From NCBI RefSeq assembly GCF_036377015.1, contig NZ_DASUZE010000116.1: a DNA stretch of 64,000 nucleotides. One strand, 5' to 3'. Below, in pieces: positions 1 through 16,576 of the stretch (position 1 is the stretch's first letter; every line of letters begins with the position of its first letter). Source of the DNA: Piscinibacter sp. (GTDB lineage: Bacteria > Pseudomonadota > Gammaproteobacteria > Burkholderiales > Burkholderiaceae_C). The position numbers and the translations under genes are program-made. The notes below the pieces were generated by a model, which saw only the letters and a list, made by a program, of their open reading frames with translations, was not told the origin of the DNA and ran no database searches.

Positions 1-522
1 GGCGGCCGTGGCTTCGATGATGCGCGCGGGAATGCCCACCGCCGTCGCCCCCGCCGGAACCGGCTTGAGCAGCACTGCGTTGGCGCCGACGCGCGCACCG
101 TCGCCGACGGTGAAGCCGCCCAGCACCTTGGCGCCCGCGCTCACCACCACGCCTCGCCCCAGGGTGGGATGCCGCTTGGTGCCCTTGTACAGCGAGGTGC
201 CGCCCAGGGTCACGCCCTGGTAGATGGTGCATTCGTCGCCGATCTCGGCCGTCTCGCCGATCACGATGCCCATGCCGTGGTCGATGAACACGCGCCGGCC
301 GATGGTCGCGCCCGGATGGATCTCGATGCCGGTGAACCAGCGTGCGAGGTTGGAGACGAAGCGCGCGGTGACGTGCCAGCCGTGCGTCCAGCAGCTGTGG
401 GCCCAGCGGTGAAGCAGCAGCGCATGCAGGCCGGGGTAACAGGTCAGCACCTCCCACGTGCTGCGCGCGGCGGGGTCGCGCTCCAGGATGCAGGCGATGT
501 CTTCTCGTAGGCGCTGGAACAT
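1..522 (-). CDS. cysE: Serine O-acetyltransferase (3' end runs off the window)
   Basis: Manual minus-strand translation from 522: [34 protein letters not shown]...; later hexapeptide-repeat segments ([29 protein letters not shown]); suhB-trmJ-cysE synteny. Confidence 0.95.
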   Translation of the reverse strand, partial: MFQRLREDIACILERDPAARSTWEVLTCYPGLHALLLHRWAHSCWTHGWHVTARFVSNLARWFTGIEIHPGATIGRRVFIDHGMGIVIGETAEIGDECTIYQGVTLGGTSLYKGTKRHPTLGRGVVVSAGAKVLGGFTVGDGARVGANAVLLKPVPAGATAVGIPARIIEATAA

Positions 523-638
523 GGAAAGGCCCTCGGTGGGTCGCGGGCCAGTTTAGCCTCAGCCCCCGGAACGCGCCGGAGGCGGCGCGAAAGTGCGCAC
601 CCTCGGCAAACCCTTTGGCGGCGCGGCCCGCGCCGCCC

Positions 639-974
639 TCAGCCCTGGCGACAGAGGACCAGGCCCAGCACGCCCACGCCGATCAGCATGAGCCAGCCCG
701 TCTGCGGCTCGGGCACGGGCGTGACCCGCGCGTCGTCTTCCGGCTCGAAGGCCTGGACGCCGGGGTGGAAGCTGCTGGCCGCGCCCGCACCGGCCGAGAA
801 GGTGGGATCGCCGCCGAAGAACGCGAGGTCGGCGTAGGCATCGGCCGATGCATAACTCGGCGTCCGGGTGCCCGCCGCGAAGGTGTGGTCCAGCGGGGCC
901 GAGGTGGCCGCCACCGGCCAGGCCGCAGCCCACAGGGCGATGGCGCCGAAGAGCGCCCGTTGCGAGGCATTCAT
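639..974 (-). CDS. Small exported PEP-CTERM sorting-domain protein
   Basis: N-terminal signal peptide ([23 protein letters not shown]) and C-terminal [23 protein letters not shown]; start moved from 1091 to ATG 974. Confidence 0.8.
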   Translation of the reverse strand: MNASQRALFGAIALWAAAWPVAATSAPLDHTFAAGTRTPSYASADAYADLAFFGGDPTFSAGAGAASSFHPGVQAFEPEDDARVTPVPEPQTGWLMLIGVGVLGLVLCRQG

Positions 975-1026
975 GGACCGACAGCGTAGCCACGCGCCGG
1001 CGGGCTCGCCATCCCCGGACCCAGGG

Positions 1027-1758
1027 TCATTCGCGGCCGCGCCGCCCCTGGATCGCCCGCGCGATGCCGCGCAGGATGTGAACTTCTTCACGTGTCAGCC
1101 CGGTGCGGTTGAGCAGCTGGTTCAGGCGCGGCATGAGCTTCTTCGGCGCCGCCGGATCCAGGAAGCCGATTTCCTGCAGCACGCCCTGCCAATGCGCCAG
1201 CAGGCCCTGCACGGCCGCCGCGTCGGCCAGCGCCGGCTCGGGCGTGCGTGCGCGCACCGGAAAGCCGCCCTGGGCCTCCCGCCAGTCGTAGGCGACGAGC
1301 TGCACGGCCTGCGCCAGGTTGAGCGAGCCGTAGTCGGGATGGGTGGGAATGCTCAGGCAGGCGTGGCAGCGGTAGACCTCGTCGTTGCTCATGCCGAAGC
1401 GCTCGGAGCCGAAGACGAAGGCCACGCGCCGCGGCTCGCCGGCCAGGGTGGCGAACAGCGCGCGCGGCGCGTGGGTGGGCGGACCGAAGTCGCGCGGCGT
1501 CATGGCCGTCGCGCAGGCGAAGGTGATGCCGTCCAGCGCATCGTCGAGGCGATCGACGATGCGCGCGCGCGCCAGCACGTCGGTGGCGCCGCTGGCCAGG
1601 GCCAGCGTGTCGGGCTGCGCCAGCACGTCGGCATGGCGCGGTGCGACCAGCACCAGGTCGGTGAATCCCATCACCTTCATCGCCCGCGCCGTCGCGCCGA
1701 CGTTGCCGGGATGGCTGGTGTTCAAGAGGATGAAGCGCGTCGGGTCCGAGTCCTGCAT
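1027..1758 (-). CDS. trmJ: tRNA/rRNA methyltransferase, SpoU/TrmJ family
   Basis: [43 protein letters not shown] motifs; divergent from suhB. Confidence 0.92.
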   Translation of the reverse strand: MQDSDPTRFILLNTSHPGNVGATARAMKVMGFTDLVLVAPRHADVLAQPDTLALASGATDVLARARIVDRLDDALDGITFACATAMTPRDFGPPTHAPRALFATLAGEPRRVAFVFGSERFGMSNDEVYRCHACLSIPTHPDYGSLNLAQAVQLVAYDWREAQGGFPVRARTPEPALADAAAVQGLLAHWQGVLQEIGFLDPAAPKKLMPRLNQLLNRTGLTREEVHILRGIARAIQGRRGRE

Positions 1759-1848
1759 GGGGAGCGCCGGGTAAAATCGCGATTATCCGCAGCGGTCCTC
1801 GCTGCCCGCTCTTTCCCTCTGCCGGTCCACGATTCACAAGGTTGCCCC

Positions 1849-2814
1849 ATGTCGCAAGCGCTCCATCCCATGCTCAACATCGCCATCAAGGCGGCACGTG
1901 CGGCGGGGGCCATCATCAACCGTGCATCGCTGGACCTCGACCTGCTCAAGGTCAACACCAAGTCGCCCAACGACTTCGTCACCGAGGTCGACCAGGCCGC
2001 CGAGCAGGCCATCATCGAAACCCTGCTCACCGCCTATCCCGGCCACGGCATCCTGGCCGAGGAATCGGGCCGCGCGCACGGCGCGCGCGACAGCGACTAC
2101 GTCTGGATCATCGACCCGCTGGACGGCACCACCAACTTCATCCACGGCTTCCCGGTCTATGCCGTGTCGATCGCGCTCACCTTCAAGGGCCAGGTGCAGC
2201 AGGCGGTGGTCTACGACCCCTCGCGCAACGACCTGTTCTATGCCTCCCGCGGCCGCGGCGCCTTCCTCAACGACAAGCGGCTGCGCGTGTCCAAGCGCAC
2301 CCGCATGCAGGAGTCGCTGGTCGGCACCGGCTTTCCCTTCCGCAAGGGCGACAACTTCAAGCGCTACGTGCAGATGTTCGAGGCGGTGATGCAGAACTGC
2401 GCCGGCCTGCGCCGCCCGGGCGCTGCCGCGCTCGACCTGTGCTACGTGGCGGCCGGCTACTACGACGGCTTCTTCGAGACCGGCCTGAACGCCTGGGACG
2501 TGGCCGCCGGCTCGCTGCTGATCACCGAGGCGGGCGGCCTCATCGGCAACTTCACCGGCGAGGCCGACTACCTCTACCAGCGCGAGGTGGTGGCCGGCAA
2601 CCCGCGCATCTACGGCCAGCTGGTGCAGATCCTCGGGCCCTACACGCGGGTGATCAAGCAGGACGGGCACGCCGCCCATCCCGAGGCCCCGGTGCTCACG
2701 CCCGAGGCGGCACTGGCCGAGACGATGGCCAAGGCCGCCGACACGGCGAAGAAGAAGGGACCGGTTCGCATCCGCAAGGCCGACATGCCGGACAAGGACG
2801 ATGCGTCCCTCTGA
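1849..2814 (+). CDS. suhB: Inositol monophosphatase family protein SuhB
   Basis: [17 protein letters not shown] start, [29 protein letters not shown] motifs. Confidence 0.95.
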   Translation: MSQALHPMLNIAIKAARAAGAIINRASLDLDLLKVNTKSPNDFVTEVDQAAEQAIIETLLTAYPGHGILAEESGRAHGARDSDYVWIIDPLDGTTNFIHGFPVYAVSIALTFKGQVQQAVVYDPSRNDLFYASRGRGAFLNDKRLRVSKRTRMQESLVGTGFPFRKGDNFKRYVQMFEAVMQNCAGLRRPGAAALDLCYVAAGYYDGFFETGLNAWDVAAGSLLITEAGGLIGNFTGEADYLYQREVVAGNPRIYGQLVQILGPYTRVIKQDGHAAHPEAPVLTPEAALAETMAKAADTAKKKGPVRIRKADMPDKDDASL

Positions 2815-2827
2815 GCGGGCCGGCGCA

Positions 2828-5437
2828 ATGACCACCTTGCCGCCGGCGGACGCTGACCTCAGCGCCCACACGCCGATGATGCAGCAGTACCTGCGCATCA
2901 AGGCGCAGCACCCCGACACGCTCGTCTTCTACCGGATGGGCGACTTCTACGAGCTGTTCTTCGACGACGCCCGGCGCGGCAACAAGCTGCTCGACATCAC
3001 CCTCACCACCCGCGGCCAGAGCGCCGGCGAGCCCGTGGTGATGGCCGGCGTGCCGGTGCACGCGGTGGAAAGCTACCTGGCCAAGCTGATCAAGCTCGGC
3101 GAGGCGGTCGCGATCTGCGAGCAGGTCGGCGACGTCGCCACCGCCAAGGGCCCGGTGGAGCGCAAGGTGGTGCGCATCGTCACGCCCGGCACCGTCACCG
3201 ACACCGAGCTGCTGGCCGACAAGAGCGACGCGCTGCTTCTGGCACTGGCCGCGCAGACCCATCGCGGCGTCACCACCTACGGCCTGGCCTGGCTGGGCCT
3301 GACCAACGGCCAGCTCGGCCTCACCGAATGCGACGAGCGCCAGCTCGCCGGCTGGCTGGCGCGCCTGAATGCCGCCGAGGTGCTGGTCGCGCGCGACGCC
3401 GAGCCGGCCGCGCTGCGCGCCGCGCGGGTTGCCATCACCCACCGCCCCGCCTGGCAGTTCGATGCCGCGCTGGGCCAGCGCAAGCTGTGCGAACAGCTGC
3501 GCGTGACCATGCTCGCCGGCTTCAACGCCCAGGACCTGCCGTGCGCCCACGCCGCGGCGGCAGCGCTGCTGACCTATGCCGAGCACACCCAGGGCCAGGC
3601 CCTGACCCATGTGCGCAGCCTCAAGGTCGAGCGCGCCAGCGCCCTGCTCGACCTGCCGCCGCTCACCCATCGCAACCTCGAGCTCACGCAAACGTTGCGC
3701 GGCGAGGATTCGCCCACCCTGCTGTCGCTGCTGGACACCTGCCGGACCGGCATGGGCAGCCGCGCCTTGCGCCAGTGGCTCACCCATCCGCTGCGCGAGC
3801 GCAGCGTCGCCAGCCAGCGTCACGACGCGCTCGAGGTGCTGATCGAGCAAAGCCCCGAGCGCCTGCGAGAAGCCTTGCGCGGCGTGTGCGACGTGGAGCG
3901 CATCACCGCCCGCATCGCCTTGCGCCAGGTCCGCCCGCGCGAGCTCACCGGCTTGCGCGCCACGCTGCAGGGCCTGCCTTCGATCCGCGCGCTGGTGCCG
4001 GTCGACGCGACCACCTTGCTCGACATGCTGGCCGAGGCGCTCAACCCGTCGGCCGACGTGCAGGCGCTGCTGGCCGCGTCGATCGCCGACGAGCCGGCCG
4101 TGCTGCTGCGCGACGGCGGGGTCATCGCCACCGGCTTCGACGCCCAGCTCGACGAGCTGCGCGCCATCAGCGAGAACTGCGACGCCTTCCTGCTCGACCT
4201 CGAGACCCGCGAACGCGCACGCACCGGCATCGCCAACCTGCGCGTTCAATACAACAAGGTCCACGGCTTCTACATCGAGATCACGCAAGGCCAGCTCGAC
4301 AAGGTGCCGATGGACTACCTGCGGCGCCAGACCCTGAAGAACGCCGAGCGCTTCATCACGCCGGAGCTGAAGGCCTTCGAGGACAAGGCGCTGTCGGCGC
4401 AGGAGCGCGCGCTGGCGCGCGAGAAGCTGCTCTACGACCAGGTGATCGACCAGCTGCTGACCCACCTGGAGGCGCTGTCGGGCCTGGCGCGGGCGCTGGC
4501 CGCGCTGGACGCGCTCGCCGCCCTGGCCGAGCGGGCGACCACGCTGAACTGGAGTCGGCCGCAGTTCGTCAAGGAGCCCTGCATCGCGATCGAGGCCGGC
4601 CGCCACCCGGTGGTCGAGGCCCGCCTGCTCGAGACCGGCGCCGGCAGCTTCATGCCCAACGATTGCCGCCTCGACGCGACCCGCAAGATGCTGGTCATCA
4701 CCGGCCCCAACATGGGCGGCAAGAGCACCTTCATGCGCCAGGTCGCCCTGATCGCGCTGCTCGCCGCCATCGGCTCCTTCGTGCCGGCGCGCGCCTGCCG
4801 GCTCGGGCCCATCGACGCCATCCACACCCGCATCGGCGCGGCCGACGACCTGGCCAACGCGCAGTCGACGTTCATGGTCGAGATGACCGAGGCCGCCGCC
4901 ATCCTGCACGGCGCCACCGAGCACACGCTGGTGCTGATGGACGAGATCGGGCGCGGCACGTCCACCTTCGACGGCCTGGCGCTGGCCGGCGCCATCGCCA
5001 GCCACCTGCACGACAAGAACCGCTCCTTCACGCTGTTCGCCACCCACTACTTCGAGCTGACGCACTTCCCGCTCAAGCACGAGCGCGCGCTCAACGTCCA
5101 CGTGTCGGCCGCCGAGAGCGGCGACGACATCGTGTTCCTGCACGACATCCAGCCGGGTCCGGCCAGCCGCAGCTACGGCGTGCAGGTGGCCCGCCTGGCG
5201 GGCATGCCCGGCGCGCTCGTGCGCCAGGCCCGCGCGACGCTGGAGGCGCTGGAGAACCAGCAGCGCGCCGCGGATGCGCAGATCGACCTGTTCGCCCCGC
5301 CGGCGCCGCTGCCCGAGCGGGAGCTGTCGGCGGTGGAGCGGGCAGTGGCCGCGGTCAACCCCGATATCCTTTCGCCCAAGGAAGCGCTGGACGCGCTCTA
5401 CCGGCTCAAGACCCTCCAGGAAGAAGGCAAGCCATGA
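2828..5437 (+). CDS. mutS: DNA mismatch repair protein MutS
   Basis: [27 protein letters not shown] Walker [10 protein letters not shown]. Confidence 0.98.
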   Translation: MTTLPPADADLSAHTPMMQQYLRIKAQHPDTLVFYRMGDFYELFFDDARRGNKLLDITLTTRGQSAGEPVVMAGVPVHAVESYLAKLIKLGEAVAICEQVGDVATAKGPVERKVVRIVTPGTVTDTELLADKSDALLLALAAQTHRGVTTYGLAWLGLTNGQLGLTECDERQLAGWLARLNAAEVLVARDAEPAALRAARVAITHRPAWQFDAALGQRKLCEQLRVTMLAGFNAQDLPCAHAAAAALLTYAEHTQGQALTHVRSLKVERASALLDLPPLTHRNLELTQTLRGEDSPTLLSLLDTCRTGMGSRALRQWLTHPLRERSVASQRHDALEVLIEQSPERLREALRGVCDVERITARIALRQVRPRELTGLRATLQGLPSIRALVPVDATTLLDMLAEALNPSADVQALLAASIADEPAVLLRDGGVIATGFDAQLDELRAISENCDAFLLDLETRERARTGIANLRVQYNKVHGFYIEITQGQLDKVPMDYLRRQTLKNAERFITPELKAFEDKALSAQERALAREKLLYDQVIDQLLTHLEALSGLARALAALDALAALAERATTLNWSRPQFVKEPCIAIEAGRHPVVEARLLETGAGSFMPNDCRLDATRKMLVITGPNMGGKSTFMRQVALIALLAAIGSFVPARACRLGPIDAIHTRIGAADDLANAQSTFMVEMTEAAAILHGATEHTLVLMDEIGRGTSTFDGLALAGAIASHLHDKNRSFTLFATHYFELTHFPLKHERALNVHVSAAESGDDIVFLHDIQPGPASRSYGVQVARLAGMPGALVRQARATLEALENQQRAADAQIDLFAPPAPLPERELSAVERAVAAVNPDILSPKEALDALYRLKTLQEEGKP

Positions 5438-6257
5438 CCTACTGCGTCGGCATCAAGTTGAACGCCGGGCTGGTGTTCCTCTCCGACTCCCGCACCAACG
5501 CGGGCCTCGACCAGATCAGCACCTACCGCAAGATGATGGTCTACGAGCGGCCGGGCGACCGCTTCATGGTGCTGCTGTCGGCCGGCAACCTGTCGATCAG
5601 CCAATCGGTGCGCGAGATCCTGCAGGTCGAGAAGCTCGACAGCGGCACCGGCGTGCCGACGACCATCTGGAACGCGACCAGCATGTTCGATGCCGTGCGC
5701 GTGCTCGGCAGCGCGGTGCGCCGGGTCTACGACCAGGACGGGCCCTCGCTCAAGCAATCGGGCATCGAGTTCAACGCCTCGTTCATCTTCGGCGGCCAGA
5801 TCGGCAAGGAAGCGATGCGCCTGTTCCTCGTGTATTCGGCCGGCAACTTCATCGAGGCGACGCGCGAGACCTGCTACTTCCAGATCGGCGAGTCGAAATA
5901 CGGCAAGCCGGTGCTCGACCGCATGATCACGCCGCTCACGCCGCTGGACGAAGCGGCCAAGTGCGCGCTGGTGTCGATGGACTCCACGCTCAAGTCCAAC
6001 CTCACGGTGGGCCTGCCGCTGGACCTGGTCGTCTACGACGCCCATGCGCTGCACAGCAACCAGATCGTGTGCATCGACGAGCACAACCCGTACTTCCAGA
6101 TGATCCGCGGCATGTGGGGCCAGAAGCTGCGGCAGGTGTTCGAGTCGATCGACGACCCGCAGTGGAAGGGCGGCGAGACGCAGTACCCGCTGCGGGCCGA
6201 GTCGGCGCGCTACGAGCCGATGAAGAAGATCACGCATCCCAGCGAGAAGATCATCTG

Positions 6258-6258
<1 letters not shown>
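5434..6258 (+). CDS. Proteasome-type (Anbu) Ntn peptidase
   Basis: MTYCVG...[19 protein letters not shown] with N-terminal Thr nucleophile; [28 protein letters not shown]; ATGA overlap with mutS stop. Confidence 0.92.
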
Positions 6259-10274
<4,016 letters not shown>

Positions 10275-10318
10275 GGTGACGGACTCGGAACCTGCGCGTA
10301 ACCGATTCGGCGGCATGA

Positions 10319-11656
<1,338 letters not shown>

Positions 11657-11674
11657 CAATGTCGGCCCCCACGT

Positions 11675-11730
11675 CGCTTCGCTCCTGCCCCCCGAGGGGG
11701 CGCTCAGCCGCCATGAGGCGGCTCGGCGCC
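11675..11730. repeat. REP-like double hairpin between eno and ftsB
   Basis: GCCCCCCGAGGGGGC and GCCGCCATGAGGCGGC stems. Confidence 0.45.
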
Positions 11731-11742
11731 GGCTGAGTCACC

Positions 11743-12021
11743 GTGCGCTTCATCACCCTCGCGTTGCTCGCCCTGATCGGCCTTGTGCATGTCGAACTCT
11801 GGTTCGGCAAGGGTGGCGTTCCACGGGTGATGGAGTTGCAGTCCAAGCTGTCCGAGCAGAAGACCGCCAACGAGGCGGCCCGCGCGCGCAACGAGCAGCT
11901 CGACGCGGAGGTGCGCGACCTCAAGGAAGGCCTGGAGATGGTCGAGGAGAAGGCGCGCTCCGAGCTCGGCATGGTCAAGCCGGACGAGATCCTGATCCAG
12001 ATCTCGACGCCCAAAAACTAG
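11743..12021 (+). CDS. ftsB: Septum formation initiator FtsB
   Basis: N-terminal TM, LWFGKGG, coiled coil, EKARSELGMVKPDE; follows eno. Confidence 0.93.
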   Translation: MRFITLALLALIGLVHVELWFGKGGVPRVMELQSKLSEQKTANEAARARNEQLDAEVRDLKEGLEMVEEKARSELGMVKPDEILIQISTPKN

Positions 12022-12022
12022 C

Positions 12023-12637
12023 GTGGACGCCCTGCAGCCCCTCATGGCTGCGGCCTTCACGCTGTGGGGCTCGCCGGTGACCTGGCTCGAGATCGTGGCC
12101 TTCGTGCTGGCGATCGCCATGGTGGTGTTCAACATCCGCGTCAACCCTGCCGGCTGGCCGCTGGCCATGATCAGCTCGCTGCTGTACTTCACGCTCTTCT
12201 GGAACAGCCGCCTGTACGGCGACGCCAGCCTGCAGGTCTTCTTCGCGCTGATCGCCTTGTGGGGCTGGTGGCAGTGGCTGCGCGGCACCGAGGCCGACGG
12301 CTCGGTCCTGCATGTGCGCAGCCTCGGCACCCGCGGCCGGCTGGTCGCGCTGCTGCTGCTCGCGCTGGCCTGGCCCGCCACCGGCCTTTTCCTGCGCCGC
12401 TACACCGACACCGACGTGCCCTGGTGGGACGCCTTCCCCACCGCCGCCAGCGTGCTGGGGCAGTGGCTGCTGGGCCGCAAGTACATCGAGAACTGGCCGA
12501 CCTGGGTGGTGGTCAATCTCGCGAGCATCGGCCTGTTCGCCTACAAGGGCCTGTGGCTCACGGTGATCCTGTACACGATCTTCGTCGCGATGTCCTTCGC
12601 CGGCTGGCGGGCATGGAACAGGCTGGCGCAGGCATGA
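12023..12637 (+). CDS. pnuC: Nicotinamide riboside transporter PnuC
   Basis: Polytopic membrane protein, LYGDASLQ, PWWDAFPT, RKYIENW. Confidence 0.9.
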   Translation: MDALQPLMAAAFTLWGSPVTWLEIVAFVLAIAMVVFNIRVNPAGWPLAMISSLLYFTLFWNSRLYGDASLQVFFALIALWGWWQWLRGTEADGSVLHVRSLGTRGRLVALLLLALAWPATGLFLRRYTDTDVPWWDAFPTAASVLGQWLLGRKYIENWPTWVVVNLASIGLFAYKGLWLTVILYTIFVAMSFAGWRAWNRLAQA

Positions 12638-13245
12638 TCGTCGCGATCGTCGGCGCCGAGAGCACCGGCAAGACCACCCTGGCCGCCGGACTGCGCGATG
12701 CGCTCGCGGCAGAAGGCCGGCGCGCCGCCCTGGTGAGCGAATACCTGCGCGAGTTCTGCGATCGCCTGCATCGCACGCCGGTGCAGGCCGAGCAGGCCCA
12801 CATCGCGTTCGAGCAGACGCGCCGCATCGCCGCCGCGGCGGCGACGCACGACGTGGTGATCGCCGACACCAGCGCCCTGATGATCGCCGTCTACAGCGAG
12901 CTCGTGTTCGCCGACACCTCGCTGTATGCCGAGGCCGAAGCGGCGCACCGCCACGTCGACCTGACCCTGCTCACTGCGCTGGACCTGCCCTGGCAGGCCG
13001 ACGGACACCAGCGCGACGGCGAGCAGGTGCGCGAGCCGGTGGATGCGCTGGTGCGCGCGTCGCTGCAGCGTGCGGGCGCGGCGTTTTCGGTGGTGTCGGG
13101 ACAGGGCGACGACCGGCTGTCCATGGCCATCAAGGCGGTGCAGCGGGCACTCGATCCGCCGTCGCCGGATGGCCCGCGGTGGCAATGGGTCTGCGAGCGT
13201 TGCGGCGACATCGCCTGCGAACGTCACCTGCTCCCACGGTCGTAG
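12634..13245 (+). CDS. NadR-like nucleoside/nucleotide kinase (AAA_28) protein
   Basis: GAESTGKTTL Walker A, SEYLRE, LPWQADGHQRD; overlaps pnuC. Confidence 0.88.
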   Translation: MIVAIVGAESTGKTTLAAGLRDALAAEGRRAALVSEYLREFCDRLHRTPVQAEQAHIAFEQTRRIAAAAATHDVVIADTSALMIAVYSELVFADTSLYAEAEAAHRHVDLTLLTALDLPWQADGHQRDGEQVREPVDALVRASLQRAGAAFSVVSGQGDDRLSMAIKAVQRALDPPSPDGPRWQWVCERCGDIACERHLLPRS

Positions 13246-13282
13246 CCCGGGTGCAACCCGGGACCCCGGGTCCCACCCGGGC
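13242..13282 (+). repeat. GTAG-type REP plus degenerate second copy
   Basis: GTAGCCCGGGTGCAACCCGGG at 13242-13262 followed by CCCGGGTCCCACCCGGG. Confidence 0.85.
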
Positions 13283-13292
13283 GACGAGGCCC

Positions 13293-14252
13293 TCAGTGCA
13301 CCCCACCCGACCCCGGCGCCTGGTTCAACGCCTGCGTGAACAGCTCCCCCACATCCACCACGTCGAAGTGATAGCGCGTGCCGCAGAACTCGCAGGCGAT
13401 CTCCACCCGCCCCTGCTCCACCACGATGCCGTCGATCTCGTCGCGACCCAGGCTCTTGAGCATCTGCCCGACCCGCTCGCGCGAGCAGGTGCACGCGAAG
13501 CGCGGCGCGAGGGGCTCGAAGCGGCGCACGGTCTCTTCCCAGAACAGCCGGCGCAGCACGGTGGCGGCGTCCAGCCCGAGCAGCTCTTCGCGGGTCAGCG
13601 TGGACGCCAGGTGCGCAATGCGGTTGTAGGCCTCGTTGCGGCCGATCTCGTCCTCGTTGCGTGCCGATCCCAGGTTGCCGGCACCTTCCACCGGCAGGCG
13701 CTGGATCAGCAGGCCGGCCGCGACCTGGTCGTCGGCGGCGAGGATGAGCCGGGTGTCGAGCTGCTCCGACTGCAGCATGTAGTGCTCCAGCACCTCGGAC
13801 AGGTTCTGCAGCGGCTCGCGGCGGTCGCCGTACAGCGGCACCACGCCCTGGTAGGCCTGCTGGCCGGGCAGCTTGTCCTTGGGGTCGAGCGTGATGGCGC
13901 AACGGCCATGACCGTGCACGTTGAGCATGGCCTCCAGGCGGGCGTCGGCGGGGACCGGGCCGACCACCTTGGCGGTCACGCGGAACGCCAGGTCCGGCTG
14001 CACCTCCGCCACCGCGACCTTCACCGGCCCGTCGCCGAACATCTGCAGGATCAGCGCACCGTTGAACTTGATGTTGGCCTGCATCAGCGTGCCCGCCGCC
14101 GCCATCTCGCCCACCAGGCGGCGCACCGGCTCGGAAAAGGGGTCGTGGGCCGCGGCGCGGCGGCGCAGGACTTCCTGCCAGCTGTCGGTCAGCCGCACCA
14201 GCATGCCGCGCACCGGCAGGCCCTCGAAGATGAACTTGTGCAGCTCGCTCAC
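13293..14252 (-). CDS. hslO: Hsp33 redox-regulated chaperone
   Basis: GTG start VSELHKFIFEGLPVRG; CTCS...CEFC zinc motif. Confidence 0.93.
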   Translation of the reverse strand: MSELHKFIFEGLPVRGMLVRLTDSWQEVLRRRAAAHDPFSEPVRRLVGEMAAAGTLMQANIKFNGALILQMFGDGPVKVAVAEVQPDLAFRVTAKVVGPVPADARLEAMLNVHGHGRCAITLDPKDKLPGQQAYQGVVPLYGDRREPLQNLSEVLEHYMLQSEQLDTRLILAADDQVAAGLLIQRLPVEGAGNLGSARNEDEIGRNEAYNRIAHLASTLTREELLGLDAATVLRRLFWEETVRRFEPLAPRFACTCSRERVGQMLKSLGRDEIDGIVVEQGRVEIACEFCGTRYHFDVVDVGELFTQALNQAPGSGGVH

Positions 14253-14773
14253 GCCAGTTTCTTCAATCCGGCCCGGTAGCGTCGGGCGTTCTCGACGTAG
14301 TGCGCCGCGGCGCGCCTCACGCCCTCGATCTGCTCGGGCGTGAGCTGGCGCACGGCCTTGGCGGGCGCGCCGACGATCAGCGACCCGTCGGGAAACTCCT
14401 TGCCTTCGGTGACCAGCGCGCCCGCGCCGACCAGGCAGTTGCGGCCGATGCGTGCGCCGTTGAGGACCACGGCCTGGATGCCGACGAGCGTACCGTCGCC
14501 GATGGTGCAGCCGTGCAGCATGACCTGGTGGCCGATGGTGACGCCGTCGCCGATCACGCAGGGGAAGCCGGGATCGGCATGCACCACGCTGCCGTCCTGG
14601 ACGTTGCTGCCGCGACCGACATGCAGCCGCTCGGTGTCGCCGCGCAGGACCACGCCGAACCACACGCTCGCATCGTCTTCCAGCACCACGCGGCCCACCA
14701 CCTCGGCGCTGTCGGCCACCCAAGCCCCAACGCCCAGTTGCGGCACGTGTTCGTCGAGCTGGTAGATGGCCAT
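14249..14773 (-). CDS. Gamma carbonic anhydrase family protein
   Basis: SVWFGVVLRGD, NVQDGSVVH, GHQVMLHGC hexapeptide repeats. Confidence 0.93.
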   Translation of the reverse strand: MAIYQLDEHVPQLGVGAWVADSAEVVGRVVLEDDASVWFGVVLRGDTERLHVGRGSNVQDGSVVHADPGFPCVIGDGVTIGHQVMLHGCTIGDGTLVGIQAVVLNGARIGRNCLVGAGALVTEGKEFPDGSLIVGAPAKAVRQLTPEQIEGVRRAAAHYVENARRYRAGLKKLA

Positions 14774-14809
14774 CGCTTCACCTGAAGGGAGAGACCGATA
14801 ATTCTACGG

Positions 14810-15616
14810 ATGGCCCCGTTGTCCCTACGCGAAGCTGCGCTGCAGGTCTTGTGCACGGCCGATCCCTCGGTCAAGGCCAGCGCCGCGCGAGAGCTGTTCG
14901 CGCAGGCCGACACGCTGGCGCTGGACGTGCACGCGGCGCTGGCCGAGCCGCCCGGGGTGCCCGGTCGCCCGGAGCGTCCGCGCCTGGTGGCGCCCAAGGA
15001 GGTCCCGACACGCTCGCCCTTCACTCCCGAGGGCCGGTCCGCGCTGCTGCACTCGATCGCGCACATCGAGTTCAACGCGATCAACCTCGCGCTCGATGCG
15101 GTCTGGCGCTTCACCGGCATGCCCGCCGGCTTCTACCGCGACTGGCTGCAGGTCGCGAGCGAAGAGGCGCTGCACTTCACGCTGCTGCGCGAGCACCTGC
15201 GCAGCCTCGGCGCCGACTACGGCGACTTCGACGCCCACGACGGCCTGTGGCTCATGACGCAGCGCACCTCGCACGACATCGTCGCCCGCATGGCGCTGGT
15301 GCCGCGCACATTGGAGGCGCGCGGGCTCGACGCCACGCCGCCGCTGCAGGCCAAGCTGGCCCGCGCCGGCGATGCGCGCGCGGTCGAGATCCTGGACGTG
15401 ATCCTGCGCGACGAGGTCGGCCACGTGGCCATCGGCAACCGCTGGTACCGCTGGCTGTGCGAGCGCGACGGTCTGGACCCGGTGCGCCTGTACGGCGAGC
15501 TCGTGCGGCGCTACCAGGCGCCGCGACTGCGTCCGCCCTTCAACGAAGGCGCGCGCCGCGCCGCCGGATTCACCGATGCGGAGCTCGCCTTCCTCCACCA
15601 GATCCCGCCGGAATGA
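14810..15616 (+). CDS. Ferritin-like DUF455 protein
   Basis: LLHSIAHIEFNAINLALDA, EEALHF, LEARGLD, DEVGHV diiron-type motifs. Confidence 0.9.
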   Translation: MAPLSLREAALQVLCTADPSVKASAARELFAQADTLALDVHAALAEPPGVPGRPERPRLVAPKEVPTRSPFTPEGRSALLHSIAHIEFNAINLALDAVWRFTGMPAGFYRDWLQVASEEALHFTLLREHLRSLGADYGDFDAHDGLWLMTQRTSHDIVARMALVPRTLEARGLDATPPLQAKLARAGDARAVEILDVILRDEVGHVAIGNRWYRWLCERDGLDPVRLYGELVRRYQAPRLRPPFNEGARRAAGFTDAELAFLHQIPPE

Positions 15617-15700
15617 CCCTGGCAGCCGCCGTACACTTCACGGCGCCCACGAGGCGCGACATTCAAGTCGCCACACAAGCAGACAACTCTCGAGGAACCC

Positions 15701-16564
15701 ATGACCGCACTGACCACCCGTCGCTTCCTGCAAACCGCCGGCCTGTTGATCGCCGGCGTCGTTCTTTCCGCCTGCGGCAAGAAGGAGCCCCCTGCCGCCG
15801 CGCCGGCCGCCAGCGCGGTCGCCTCGGCCCCCGCCCCGGCCGTCAAGGTGTACGTGGTCGGCACCGACGCCGCCTACGCGCCGTTCGAGTCGCAGAACGA
15901 GAAGGCCGAGATCGTCGGCTTCGACATCGACGTCGTGAAGGCCGTCGCCCAGAAGGCCGGCATGGAGGTCAAGTTCGTCAACACGCCCTGGGAAGGGATC
16001 TTCAACACGCTGCAGCAAGGCGACCGCGACTTCCTCGTCTCGGCGATCACCATCACGCCCGAGCGCAAGCAGACGATGGACTTCACCGAGCCCTACTTCG
16101 ACGCGCAGCAGCTCATCGCGGTGAAGCAGAACTCCAAGATCGGCAAGTTCGATGACCTGAAGAAGCTGAAGGTCGGCGTGCAGACCGGCACCACCGGCGA
16201 CGAGGTCGTCACCAAGCTGCAGGGCAAGACCAGCACGAACATCAAGCGCTTCGAGTCGACACCGCTCGCGCTGAAGGAGCTGGAGTCGGGCGGCATCGAC
16301 GCGGTCGTGGCCGACAACGGCGTGGTCATCAACTACGTCACCAACAACCCGGGCTCGAAGTTCAAGTCCATCGCCGACAAGGCCTTCCAGCCCGAGCAGT
16401 ACGGCCTTGCCGTCAAGAAGGGCAACGCCGACCTGCTGGCCAAGCTGAACAAGGGCCTGGCCGACATCAAGGCCGACGGCACCTACGACAAGCTGTACAC
16501 GCAGTACTTCGGCGCGCCTGCCCCCAAGGGCGCGGCCGCACCCGCCTCCGCCGCATCGAAGTAA
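15701..16564 (+). CDS. Basic amino acid ABC transporter substrate-binding lipoprotein
   Basis: Lipobox LSAC; VGTDAAYAPFE, GFDIDV, VGVQTGTTG. Confidence 0.92.
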   Translation: MTALTTRRFLQTAGLLIAGVVLSACGKKEPPAAAPAASAVASAPAPAVKVYVVGTDAAYAPFESQNEKAEIVGFDIDVVKAVAQKAGMEVKFVNTPWEGIFNTLQQGDRDFLVSAITITPERKQTMDFTEPYFDAQQLIAVKQNSKIGKFDDLKKLKVGVQTGTTGDEVVTKLQGKTSTNIKRFESTPLALKELESGGIDAVVADNGVVINYVTNNPGSKFKSIADKAFQPEQYGLAVKKGNADLLAKLNKGLADIKADGTYDKLYTQYFGAPAPKGAAAPASAASK

Positions 16565-16576
16565 CACGCGGCGACC

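Noticed and set aside
2640-2814. SuhB C-terminal Lys/Ala-rich extension
   Set aside because: Probably a disordered lineage-typical tail; no further evidence of novelty.
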